A DNA stretch of 64,000 nt. Source: Penicillus capitatus (taxonomy: Eukaryota > Plantae > Chlorophyta). Of this stretch, positions 47,001 to 59,135 are shown in pieces (position 1 is the first letter of the stretch; every line of letters starts with the position of its first letter). The DNA is taken from contig OZ287701.1 in the NCBI GenBank assembly GCA_965649825.1, forward strand, positions 485,101-549,100, given 5' to 3'. Under the pieces are notes generated by a model. It was not told the origin of the DNA. It saw nothing but the letters and a program-made list of their open reading frames with translations, and made no database searches. The position numbers and the translations under genes are program-made.

Positions 47001-49671
47001 GGCATAGAGAATGGAGAGATTGCGCGCTACCAAATGAGACTCCTTTGACCAGATTGCTCCGCCGTTTTTGGACTTTGCTCGTTCAACCGTAGAGTCGACG
47101 ATAAGGATCGAGCTGTTTTTAATTGCCGCAGCAAAACCACCAGAGATCTTTGCAGAGCTGCGAAGGAATTGTGATTGCGCGACGTCCAGACTCGAAGTCC
47201 CTGACCAGAGGAAGCCACCGTATTTGGATCTGCTATTGACAGCGACGGTAGCCTTCACTATTATTATTGAGTTGCTCGAGTACAGGAATCCACCGCTCTT
47301 CTCTGCGCTGTTGTCCGTCGCATTAGTGTGCTCGAACGTCACATTCGAATTGTCAGCGTAGAAGAACGCGCCATAAGCCGCTCTGCTAGCCGTAGCGTTC
47401 GTACAGACCAGCCTCACTGTCGACTTCACAGCATCACAGAACCCGCCATTCGCCTCTGCGCTGTTGCCAATCGCGTTCGTGTCCCTGAGCGTCACATCTG
47501 ATTCTTCAGCCCATGCGAATCCGCCATGTTTCTCTGCGCTGTTGCCAGTCGCATCGGTGCGATCCAGCGCCATTCTCGATTTTAATGCACAGACGCATCC
47601 GCCCCATTGTGCCTTGTTGTCGGCGGCGTTTGTGCCGGATAGCTTCGCCATCGAATTGCTCGAGTACAGGAATCCGCCATGTTTCTCTGCGCTGTTGCCA
47701 GTCGCATCGGTGCGATCCAGCGCCATTCTCGATTTTAATGCACAGACGAAACCGCCCCATTGTGCCTTGTTGTCGGCGGCGTTTGTGCCGGATAGCTTCG
47801 CCATCGAATTGCTCGAGTACAGGAATCCGCCATGTTTCTCTGCGCTGTTGCCAGTCGCATCGGTGCGATCCAGCGCCATTCTCGATTTTAATGCACAGAC
47901 GCATCCGCCCCATTGTGCCTTGTTGTCGGCGGCGTTTGTGCCGGATAGCTTCGCCATCGAATTGCTCGAGTACAGGAATCCGCCATGTTTCTCTGCGCTG
48001 TTGCCAGTCGCATCGGTGCGATTCAGCGTTACTCTCGAGTTCTTCGCATAGACGCATCCGCCCCACTGCGCCCTGTTGTCGGCGGCGTTCGTGTCTATGA
48101 GCTTCGACTCTGAGTCTTCCACGTAGACACAACCACCCTTGTCAAATGCGACATTATCCTGGAACACGGAGCCGAACACTGAAATCTTCGACCCGTAGCC
48201 ATAGATCACGGATCCTCTTAAGCCCTCATTTGCACCGAACGTGCAGTTCTCTATTTGGACAGACGACCTCACTGAATGAACACAGTTACTCTTCATTCCC
48301 TCGTTGACTCGCGTGCTTAAAGCATTCCTCCTGAACGATGCATTCGAAAGTGAAATGTCGCCTTCTTCGATTCGAATGATCGTCAGGTTGTTTTCGGATA
48401 CGGCGAATCCCTGGATCGTGGTTTTTGATGAGTTGTGACCGTAGAACAAGGAAGACTGCTGCCCATCAGCCCCGGCGACTCTGTTTCCGGATACGGTGCA
48501 ATCTTCCAGTCGGTTCTTCTGTGCGAGGTGAACTCCACAGGCTTCGCCTGAGCAGACGTTGTCCGAGATCGCCACTTTGACCATCTCTAGTTCTGAGCAG
48601 GATGGAGAAGTCAACCGGAGTGCCGACGCTGCAGTCAGGTCGTTCTGACGAAACGTGAAGCGGTGCAGAGCCACGAGACCGGCGGCAGCTTCATTGCGGC
48701 ATGCCTCGACTTCGATAAGTGACCGGGCTTCATGTGTGCCGTCGAATACGCACTCTTCGATGGTAAGATTGACAAAGGTAACATTTCTGGACCTACAGGC
48801 GAAAAAAGGATTACCGTCTCACTCGAAGCTGTCTGTCTTACTTTATGAGAAATAGTCCTGTGTTTTTCTGAGGACATGTGAATCTTGTCTTTGTGGTTGA
48901 ACTTTGGGAGACGGCGTCTTTAGAGTCGACGCCGCTGATTTGGGTGGTGAGGGTCAGTTGCCATGGAATGGTGACAGGCGACGATGGACGCACCACGTCT
49001 GTCACGTCAAACGCGAGTACATCGCCTTGCTTTGTGCAGTTGACTAGCATCTGCAGGTCGTTGTCTACTTCTTTAAGGACGCCGTTGTCGACGAGCCATG
49101 TTTTGCCATCTGCTGTAGTATACCTTTCCTTGGCCTCTCGCGTCAAGGCACATGCGAACCCTGACAAGTTCAAACGCCGTCAGAATTCAGCGTTCTGTGC
49201 GATGGACAGGAAAAGTCGAACCTGTAGCGATTCCTTGGTTGGATATGCTGTAAAGTGGTGGAGCGCGCTCCTCGTTTGCCATCTGCAGACAAAAGACGGA
49301 ATGGTTTACGCCTTCGCCGTCGAATGGCGACAGGCGAATTCGTGGCTTACGTCTTGAGGATGCTTTGCGGTGAGGTCGGCTGGCGTTTCAGACGATGTGG
49401 GAGGCAGTTTGTCGTCCGTGTTGCCTAAAACGCAACACAGCACCGCTGGAGAGATGCTACGATGCGAGTAAAGGAGAACCGTCGGCTGCAGAAACTGCGT
49501 CTGGCGGACGCAGCGACGCGCTTTGAACAGCGCAAGTAAGTCCGACTCCATGCGCGAGCGCGCAGCAGAGCAGACAGAGTTTGAAACGAGGAAGAAAATT
49601 TCGCATCGTGTGGACGTAGAACGCAGAAAGAAACGTTGCAGAGTGATCTGTTTCGTTTTCAGAATCATCAT
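44086..49671 (-). CDS. Large receptor-like membrane protein: Pmp-like beta-helix ectodomain, Cys-rich stalk, multi-pass (about 7 TM) C-terminus
   Basis: GG[F/C/A]-xxN repeats (46755-48674). Cys-rich CxxC...CP...C...GYW...C (45748-46686). GHTGPLCGSC, then MFK/ITLSYVQ, then a multi-TM region with FLYRSYR...YWEVAIVARK (44086-45183). The start codon is uncertain. Confidence 0.87.
47518..48020 (-). repeat. Near-perfect coding tandem repeat, about 3.3 x 153 bp (51 aa)
   Basis: ccgccatgtttctctgcgctg recurs at 47521, 47674, 47827 and 47980. Unit KAQWGG[C/F]VCALKSRMALDRTDATGNSAEKHGGFLYSSNSMAKLSGTNAADN; the full copies appear to differ only at the C/F codon. Confidence 0.96.
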
Positions 49672-50995
49672 CAGATGATTGCCTCGTCCATCGAAAAGAC
49701 AGATGCGTCCTGTTCTTTCGACGGCCAGACGCGACGCGGATGGACTGGCGAAATCGTCGTCAGCAAACTGTCTGCGTTCTTAATCGGCAGAGTCGATGAA
49801 ATCGCGACAGTCGAGGAAGCGATGCAAAGAGGACTAAGTTCCATCCATCCTGTCCGTCCATCCCTTTCGCTTTCAATGCAGTAGTTCACTGTCGGGTCAC
49901 ATCAGATCGAACTCGTTCCATCAGCTGATGAAATAGATGCTGGCTCAGTCACTCTTCCACGTCATGAATGCGTAACTTGGTGGACATTGCCCATGTCTGG
50001 CAGATTCTCCACTGAGCACAACACATCTACTGGCAACGGGAGAAAGTGATAATCAAATTCTACCTGTCCTTCCTGCCTTCCTTGATCAGGACTTCGTCGA
50101 AATATTCGTCAGGACACCCATTATCTACTCTGATGTGACGGTTGTCAGAAAATGAAATGACTGTTGCCAGATCTCGTTTCCGTGAGAGGTCTGGAAGAAA
50201 GGCCTGCTACCAAATCTCTTCGCCGTGAGCGCTCATGTTTGACGCATAGCCCAGAATACAGCGCTTCTAAAGGAGGACGAACTGGCGATCATCAACGCCG
50301 GTTGCAGTAAAGAGTGTCTTTCCAGCGCGATCACTTATCGCATGTCTGCCGACACTCTTTTCATCGCCATGTATCACTCTTCAGCGAACAAGCATGCTGT
50401 CCATTCTCGAGTGCAATTGGACTGCCTTTCTAACAACGTCAGGGATTGGCAAACGTGGAGAAGGTGTCGTGCAATTGCTTTTGCATTGATATGGCATCAT
50501 TGCCTGCAGAAGGGAGTCCGTGGCCGCAGGGTTTGTAGGTGCAAATGGGTCTCTACGGAAGAGAAGCCCCAGGCAGTCGGGAGGTCAACTTCCTTCAGCT
50601 TCTGCATCAACACACAGTTTCTGACGGGCTTGTTCGCATCGAGTGGCTCTAACGTGTCGGCTTGGCTGTCTTGCGTGTTTCATGCAGGACAAGAAGAGCT
50701 GAGATTTCTTGATGTGACGTTTGAGGGGTCTGGTCCGTCCTGTTGTAGGACAGACACAACAGATGAAGCAAACACGTGGCACCGTCGAGTGACTCACCTT
50801 GTATTCTCTAACAGAGCGTCACTCGAGACCTGCTCGGACTCTCACGTTTCGGCAACTGTTCGCCTGCGGTGGATGGTCTGCCCAGTGCAGAGATGATGAA
50901 GAACTGCATTCCGTTCGTTTTTTCAGCGGTGCAGAAAGTCCGTCACCGTGTCATAACACCGTAGACATCCGACCGTCTCCGGATTTCTGCTCCGC

Positions 50996-51865
50996 ATGTG
51001 GTCGTGGTGTGGCAGAATCGAAGTGCGTCGCTTCAGACTCTACTTCTACGGAAGCTTCAGGTACGCCGCACTGCACGAGACGCGTGGGCACCGCTGAGCC
51101 AGGTGGCATATGGATACCTACGGAGCAGGGGCGGTGCTCTTCTATCCAGACGGCCGATTGACAGGGTACCTACGCAAACAAACACCTTGGTGCACGCGTG
51201 TGATTCTCAGCTTAGGTATGGCGCACGCAACGATGGGTCTGTTACTGCATCGCAGCACGCAGCGTACGAAGCTATACTTCTCGGGATGTTTATGGCTCGC
51301 ATGCGCCAAGTGGACAGTATTCTTATCATGAGCAACGAACAAAGCGTGATCAAGCAAATGCGAGTGAGCAGATGAACTGAAGAAAACATGCCATGGTGAC
51401 AATGCCCCTGTGTCCAGGGAGAGACACCCGTCCACTCAGAACGCATTATCAAGGGATACAAAATGGCGAGCCATCTGCTCCCTTTATCGTTCACTGGCAG
51501 ATCTGCGTTACTGGAATGTAGGCGAAGACTTTGCAGACCCTGTTTCCACACATTGAATTCCAGATCGTCACCAGATCGACGGTCGGTGAGTATATAAGTG
51601 CAGGCTGGTGATCCTTGTTTTCTGTTTTCTTCAGGTGTGGCTCGTCAAGTGGCGAGGATTGCGTTATGTTCTCCGAAAGCAAAGCCTCGACTGCGATGGG
51701 CGCAGAAACAGTAAGTGTCATAGATGGATTCTTTTTGTCTTGTATATTGTGTACCATCACGTTGTACTTGTCGACAGACGTCAGCATCTCGATGTAACGG
51801 TCAGAGTCCTCAGCGGAGGATGCGTTCAGAAGTGGCTGTCACATCATGCGATACGACGCCTCTAA
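50996..51865 (+). CDS. RNase H1-like (RVT_3-type) protein lacking the catalytic acidic residues
   Basis: Spliced: RFRLYFYGSFR/WHMDTYGAGAVLFYPDGRLTG/YGARNDGSVTASQHAAYEAILLGMFMARMRQVDSILIMSNEQSVIKQMR/GETPVHSERIIKGYKMASHLL.../..TRSTV/GVARQVARIAL. This aligns by eye to the xLxFDGAS...GAGAVL...TNNxAEYxAL..GL..A.....I.V.GDS.LV..Q pattern. One internal junction and the start are uncertain. Confidence 0.7.
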
Positions 51866-54619
51866 GTGCCATTGCCCATCAATTCCACGTCAATCCTGTC
51901 CATCTCATCGATTTGCGGCGCATGGAAATGACGTCACCTACTAGATCTAACGTCATGCAGCAAGAAGCTGTCACATCATCGAAGACAACACGCGAACGCG
52001 CACATGCATGTTTCCCAACGTTGAAGCGTTTTCGTTGGCAGCGAAGGGAAGGATCCAAACGTCCGCGTCATTGGATAATCCTCGGAAGAGTGACGGACTC
52101 TCTTAAGCGAATCTTCCCCTCTCTTCTGCCATCTTGCTGAACGTGCAATTGTGTTCATGGCAGATACAGCTGTCACTTATGGTAGCACTTCGCTCAAGCA
52201 GCTCTCTACCGATACATCAGCTCAGCATGTGTGGATGTAGAGGCACTCCAAATCACTGGACGTGATCCAACGCCCCTGCATATAGAGAGTCTGTCGCTCG
52301 TACGATGAAGAAGGTTGGCTGGCTATAGAGAACCCGTCCATGGGAATGTCATCTCTCTTTCGTGAATGGCTGACCCATTCGCCGTCGTTAGGCTGTCAAC
52401 TAAGTTACCTTCTGTCTCCGATGGACAGTCGGAGATCCTACACCACCTAATACACGGGCTCGAGCTTGGCTGTGAACGTGAGCGGCCACGTCCCATTCAA
52501 GACGTCAATCAAGACGAGGCCAGTCGTCAAAGTCAGATCTGGTTGGGTCAGATCGCATGTTCTAGCACTGCATCGTGTTGCGATACGCCTGCCCATTAGC
52601 CACCAATTCCAGACAGCAATGTCTCTCTTTCCTCTTCTCGGGTTCGGGTTAGCATAGAATGAATGCATGATCTCCAGAAACGTGGGCCAGCACTTGTCAA
52701 AATAACGGCTCGTCTACATTGTGCATACATAGATAGAGTGTTCGGTCTTCCTCGGATTTGGGTTTATAACGCCTCACAAGAATTGACAGCCAGTTCGCTG
52801 TTGTCTATTCATTCTCTCGTCCTTGCACAACAGACGCAGAGGCGGGAGCCTTGAAACATGCGCCGTGCGAGCATTCAGAACACGTGACCCCAAACACTTC
52901 ACGATCCCTTCCGACGAATCGTCGCGCTTCTGCTGTCTCAGCGTTTCGTCGAGTCCAGCGCATTCCTCTCTTGCGTCTAATGCTAACATCGTCAGATTGC
53001 GAACAGTCTTTCTCTTACGAAGTCTTCGATATGAGGTTTGTTGCACGAGGCATCGCGGTCCCAAAGCACAACGAATCAATCAACTGTGTTTCAGGCACTT
53101 GCATCGCCCATCTGTCAAAAGAGTGGCGTTATATCCTATTGCAAGATGGCACGCAACGAAAAGCTTCGCTTTAAAGAAAACGTTCTCCACACTGGCGGTT
53201 GTCAAGATGATAGAGACTTGTCTGAGCAGTCCGTGTTTATTGTAAGGCTACTGCGTTTGCTACAGGAATCCAAGTAGATCCGCCATCGACATACCGTATC
53301 AAAGATCTTCTATCAGTGAAGAGAACCGATCCGCATCCGCTTGCGCCAGTGGAACGGCAATGCACATACATCCTTGACGTAGTGCCAAGTCGCTTGTCTT
53401 CATCACGTGCTGCACTTCGTCGTAGACGTACGTGATCAGAAACTCCTCAGCGATGGAATCTTCGAGCAGTTGCACGGATAGCGTTTCAAAAGTCCTAGTT
53501 GGACTGGAATGCGAACACCAGACGCGTTTTCGCGACAAGGTAGCGCGATTGCTAGAATGGACGATCTAAACAATCTCGCCCAACAGCGTAACATCCTCAA
53601 GAATCAGGTTGAGAGGCATGTTAAAGGCAACAATAAGAAATGTGGCGACACAGTATTGTCTCATGATGGAGTGCAACAGCCACCTCTCTATGTCTATGTA
53701 CATATACACCATGTTTAGGATTCAGGTTCAGAACTCAATGTCGCTGAACGCCCCTTTTCGTAAGTCAATCAAACGACTGGCTCTTACTTCATCGTGTCGC
53801 ATCAGAGCGATACCTGATAGTATACAGAGTACCGACACGACAACAGAACGCTTTCGTCGCTACGCACTCACAGTCCGTGAAGGTTTAAGCAACAGCATAC
53901 CCGTGCGTGTGTTGAGGTGATGCGATGGTGAGTCAACCGGATACCGGCTCCTAAGTCGGTGATTACTTGATAACGAGTGGTCTAGGCAATGAAGTTTTTT
54001 TCTCCGTGGAGTCTAACACGCTTGAAAGTCGATCACTTGCAGAGACCCGGTAAGACTGCCTGTCGAGTTGTGTCCATGCAGTTCACCAAGAGATCTTCCA
54101 AACCGATAGATACCTCCTAGAATATCACAACTCTGATTGCGACCTTGAAGCAAGCCATTGACCGGCCTCATGACGATCCTCTGTAATAAGATGTGCTGAA
54201 GTAAGACTAGACGACAGGAACGCCCTCAAAGAACACGATATGATAGGGCGCGTCAAACATAATGATGCGCGATGATGATGACAAATGCGTTACAGACAAG
54301 TTTACTGTCTTCTTTGTGGCTTCTATTGCCTCTACTTTCATACGAGCTGCTGCAGGTGTTCGAGCTCTTACAGACAGGTACAAAAACAATTCAAGTCATT
54401 CGTTGCGATGGATCGAGATCCATCTCTAAACTTGAGTTCAGAAAGAAAAGAGTAAGATGCGTTTTCATAGACAATCGATGAAACATGACCAGACGAGGCG
54501 ACGAGTACGTTTACAGAGGGCATCATTTGTGCCGGTGTCGCCTGTTACTTCCAGAACGCACCGTTTCACCTAAACAGAAACGAAGGAGGTCCAGAGCGCC
54601 GAACAGCGTAAGATCGAGG

Positions 54620-55439
54620 TTACGTTGGCTTGTATCCAAGGACACATGCTGGACAGTCAATCAGCTCAGTCTGCTCCTTCTTGAGCCAGCAATGGCGATG
54701 ATCCCTTCTCCAAACAAACGCAATGCACTCTGCGCAGACGCAAGCGAGATTAGTTGCAAGAAAATGGAACGTAGACGGGCGGACCAGAATTCTCGTCGCA
54801 GTGCTGTGCGCAGACGTTCGGGTCTTGGACGCCTTCGAAGTTGGGACCGCCGACAGGGATGTCTCCTCCGTATCTGTCGTGACCGTAGTCAGGATTGTAT
54901 TTGCCGTCCAACGCCTACGACGCGACATTCGTCCGAGCGGCCATGTGCAGACACACCCTACAGGCTCTTCAAAGTTCACGCCGAGGCATGTCATGCAGTC
55001 TCTGGGGTGGTTGATCTGATCTTTGAGATAGCACGCTCCGTCTTGAAAGATGAATGCCTTGCAGTCTGACGCATTGAGCACAACAGTCACATCAGCGCCG
55101 AAGTCGACAAGAGAAAGGTGAACCACCTGTGTTGGCGCTGCACGCGTCACAGCACGCATTCTCGTCCGCAATATCAGGAACCGGAGAAGGTTCTAAATCG
55201 CCATTCGGCCACACTGTGCCAAGATAGATATCGCCACAGCCTATACGCAAGGCAAGCACCGACGGTTCGTTCAGTACGTTGCGGAATCGATAACCAAACC
55301 TAAGCACGGTCCGTTTGAGCATTGTCCGACGACGGAATGCGTTCCCTGCGACACACAGGAATCAACGCGCCGCTCGACAAAGACGCAACGTCCGCACCGC
55401 GAAGAGCAGGCAAACGAGCAGACCGATGGCGAATCTCAT
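54620..55439 (-). CDS. Secreted protein with two PAN/apple domains (6 exons)
   Basis: Spliced: MRFAIGLLVCLLFA/GTHSVVGQCSNGPCL/GCGDIYLGTVWPNGDLEPSPVPDIADENACCDACSANT/DCKAFIFQDGACYLKDQINHPRDCMTCLGVNFEEP/ALDGKYNPDYGHDRYGGDIPVGGPNFEGVQDPNVCAQHCDENS/ECIAFVWRRDHRHCWLKKEQTELIDCPACVLGYKPT*. The C-x3-C...C-x-x-F...C-[YW]-LK pattern occurs twice. Confidence 0.88.
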
Positions 55440-58400
55440 CTTCGATAGGACAGCGACGAGAGAAAGGCAGGTAAGTCTTCAAGGACTGGAACAAACGATG
55501 TGGATAGAGGAGCGAAGGCCAAAAGCGACTGATGGTGAAAAGTCGCAGAAGAACGGCCTTTTATAGAATCGAGCGCTTCGACTCTGCGTCAGCAATATCC
55601 GACCAGGTCGTCCTGTGCTGGCTGCGACGCATTTGCGTTTGATTGGACTTCGAGGCTGACGCCTGAGTCGGATACGCGCAGCAAGTTCGTTCGGCTCCTT
55701 TCTCCGGCACGGAGAGAAGTTGTCCAGAAAGAACACGCGTCAGTGCCACGCGGCTTGGATTGTAGAAGCGCGCCGTGCAGAAGACAGCTGTCCGTCTCAG
55801 AACAAGCGTCGACACGGTGGTTCTTGGCTTCGCTTTTCTTCAGAAAGGACAGACGGGAGTCATAAACAAAGAAGCACGTGCAAAGTCGGCAGGACAGAAA
55901 ATCGGCAGGACAGAGGAACGACGACGAGAACGCGACATCAGTAAACGCGCGGACGACGCGAATCGAAAGCGCCGCGCTCGCGGTAAGCTAAGGTATGCGA
56001 TAGAAGAGCTTATTGACGTCGGTTCCGCGACGGAGTTCCAGAGCGCGTCAACGCGGTGCTTGTTTGGCGGCGTCTCACAGATGAACATCTTTTTCTCCGC
56101 CACAGTTACCATGGATGTTTGTATCCGTATCGTCAAATAACGAAAAGACGATGTCTTCGGCGTCTGTCCGAGACGGCGATGAATATCCGATGCGCGCGGG
56201 AAATGCATGAAACACCTTACCTTTGATAAGATGACAAACGCCAGCGAAGGTGACCTCTTAGCAACGGAGCAAGAAAATAAAAGTAGTAGTTATTTAAAAC
56301 CATGGCTGCAGTGTCACAGCTTCACGTCTGTTAACGTACGTCTGAGCACAGCAGTCTGGATAAGATTCAGGTGAGTCCTTAGAGTCAGTCATTCATTCAC
56401 ACAGTTACATTCACTCGTCTCCAGTACGCGTCTTCCACATGGCAAGAGGAAAAAGACTCCTTCGCAATACATCTTCAAGGACCCAATTCACGCAACAAAC
56501 AACAAAAATCTGAAAAGCTAACAGACAGCAATAGATGCGAAGAATGGATTCCGGCTCAGATATCTCATGCACAGGAGGACTGTGCTTCATCGAGAGAATG
56601 CGAAAGGGACTGTGTCCCGTCACACTCCGTGAAGGATCTTCTTAGTGATGTGCTCTGTGTCTGCGAGAGAGGCGATCGAACACATCGGACTTGAAAGACC
56701 TACACGGCACACTCTTTAAGATCTGACAGTAAGTACATGAATGCGTGCATACCGCATCGAAAGAGTGATCCGGAATGCATCGGAATTCAGCGCAGGACGT
56801 AGACAGCGCTCGAAGTCGTCTGAGTCTCCCGATCTCTATGTCATTTTTTTGCGTCAGAGAACAAGCCCTCGATCAGAGATCCGACAGAAGTATTCACAGC
56901 TGGGTCAATCAGCGTCAAGGTAAGCAAGCACACGACAATCGGTAAAGGCACCAGACGACTGCTGTTATTAAAGAAACTTAGAGCCTGCTATGTTCAGACC
57001 TCGTGTGCGTCTGAAGTAGCTGACTGCTGTCAGAATCTAGATGCATTTCCAGAAGCGTGCGACATATACTCGCCGGAATCCATCTCCTGTTTTCTGCGAG
57101 CCGCTGAGGGCAGTCCGGGTTACGGAGCGTCAGAAATACTCTTGGACGTCTGACAACGATCTGCGTATCGAACGACGGACAGAGAGAGACGACAATGCAC
57201 CAGTTGCGATGTCCAAGGCTGACGAAGGCGTTGTCACGTCAATCACTTCTTCTTCCAACTCATGTGTCTGTCCTTTCCCCTCCTCCTGCAAGAAGATATC
57301 ACACTTTTCGGCACGAGAGACAAGAACATACGAGACTCGTGCAGTTAAAATGCCAACCGTCCTCTTTTTCGATGTTGGTCAGCATGAACAAATGCAGTCT
57401 GTCGTGCATGGAATCTTCGACTCGTCCAAGCTTCGGCCTCTCCCGGCAACACGATCCCGTTCTCGCCTCGTCTCTACCGGCGGCTGCGATGGAAGAAGAG
57501 CGCTGCTTGCCACCGCTCGACTGTGCATTTCCGAGTTCCACCGACAGATGTCTGCAGTCTGAACTGCGAACAAACGAACATGCATTCAGCTTCGTCCAAG
57601 AGGTAAGAACGTCACGTTCTTGAATCACTAGTCGACAACAGCCTGGACAGAATCCTGCTTCATGGACCCATGCGTCCTCACGCTCTGATCGTACCGCCAC
57701 TAGGAGTACGAACGAATCTTTGAAGCGATGTGACGTTTGTTGCCCTTCGCTCTCATAGAATCGTTTCTCGAACACTCCCGGAACCGCCTGCAGTCTCGAA
57801 AGAGATGCATAGGTGTGTCTCGAGTACAGTCGAGAAACCACTCACGTGCTTCTCCCATGTCCGTATCTCGAATCGCATTCTCTCGTCTGCCTTGCTGATC
57901 AGAACCTCTGATGTCAAGCCGGCGTCGATGCAGCCAGACGGATATCGTATAATCGAGACGGATCACGTCTAGATCGGTTTAACGACAGCGGAGGCTTTCC
58001 GGACGCGGTCCAGGCGAATCGTGCGACGCTCGTGAGTTGGAACGTGTCGTCTATGCAACGCGTAACGTAACAGAACCTCCTGTTATCGCGATCAGGTATT
58101 TCGTGCATGTCCCATTGGATTTTTGTCGTTATAGGATGGCAGACTGCCTTTTGGCCTCTGTTCGTAAAATCTGTCTTACTGTAAACGCAGAATGTCTTCA
58201 ATGAGAGAGTGACGTCACAGTCGATTTGGCCGACAGGCCGCTCACGGATCGTGTCCCGAAGACCTCACTTCGAAATCAAGAACCTCAATGTGCAATGACC
58301 GTACAATTACTGTGCTCTTCGGCAGGAAAGACAGATGCCAGCGATAAGCGTGATGTCGGTTTGACTGCAGCTTAAAGAAGCGCAGGCGCCGGGAAAGCGA

Positions 58401-59135
58401 CACGACAAGACGATCGGGAAGGAGGCGAGATCATACGCGCGGTTGCATTGACGATTTCGCAGTTTCAGCGTGGCATGTATGTCTCTGCCAACATGCATAC
58501 AGCTAACGGAAAGGTCTTCCTTTCAACGGATGATATACCATCCAGCATGAGACGCGGCGTTATTCTCTGGATCCGAGCAAAGTCCGAACTTCGATGGACA
58601 TTTTATCATTATCGAAATAGAACGATCTCTCTGCAGAAGTATAAACGGACTAGTGCTGGATGAACGCTTATTGCGCGTCGATTACGATGGCGTTCCGAGG
58701 CAGACAACTGCGACGGTCTAGAAAGGTCTCGTTTGTTTTCACATCTGTTCGGATGTAAACAACCCGAGAAGCAATACTCCTTTTACGAATCCGATCCTTT
58801 CGGACTAAACTGCGGAGAAAGAGATTTGCAAATCGAGAGCTACTGTATGTTTGTATTGGTGCGGATGCACCGAAAACTCCTCATTTGATGAGGATCTGTA
58901 GAAGAATGTTTAGAGAGTTAAGGAGTTCGTCTGGAGTTGTAAGTAAGAAAAGAAGCAGACCATGGATGTCTCAAAAACCCTCTACCAAGAATGGCAGATG
59001 CGGCGCATCCACAGTCACACAACCTGCCCGAACAGATCACAGACATCGAGTCCCCTCTCCGCGACGGGCATCGTGAAGAAGAAAAAGAGAATGAAACTGT
59101 AGGGATGAAAAACTGCTAGAACTAGAGCAGAAGAT

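Noticed and set aside
30891-48020. 165-bp and 153-bp repeats as possible CRISPR arrays
   Set aside because: They are head-to-tail coding repeats with no unique spacers, there are no cas genes, and the context is eukaryotic.
47464-48132. Three extra ~200-aa repetitive ORFs in other frames and strands over the 153-bp repeat (and similar ones at 30821-31663)
   Set aside because: They are shadows of a stop-free tandem unit whose length is a multiple of 3. Only the GGF/xxN frame continues into flanking homologous sequence.
28485-49671. Bacterial (Chlamydia-like Pmp) contamination or recent horizontal transfer
   Set aside because: Both Pmp-like genes have multiple spliceosomal introns, eukaryotic signal/TM architecture and no autotransporter beta-barrel.
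14768-51865. RT-like gene plus RNase H-like gene as parts of one retroelement or a Prp8-like system
   Set aside because: They are 35 kb apart and separated by many unrelated genes. There is no gag, integrase or LTR, and both are catalytically degenerate. No evidence links them.
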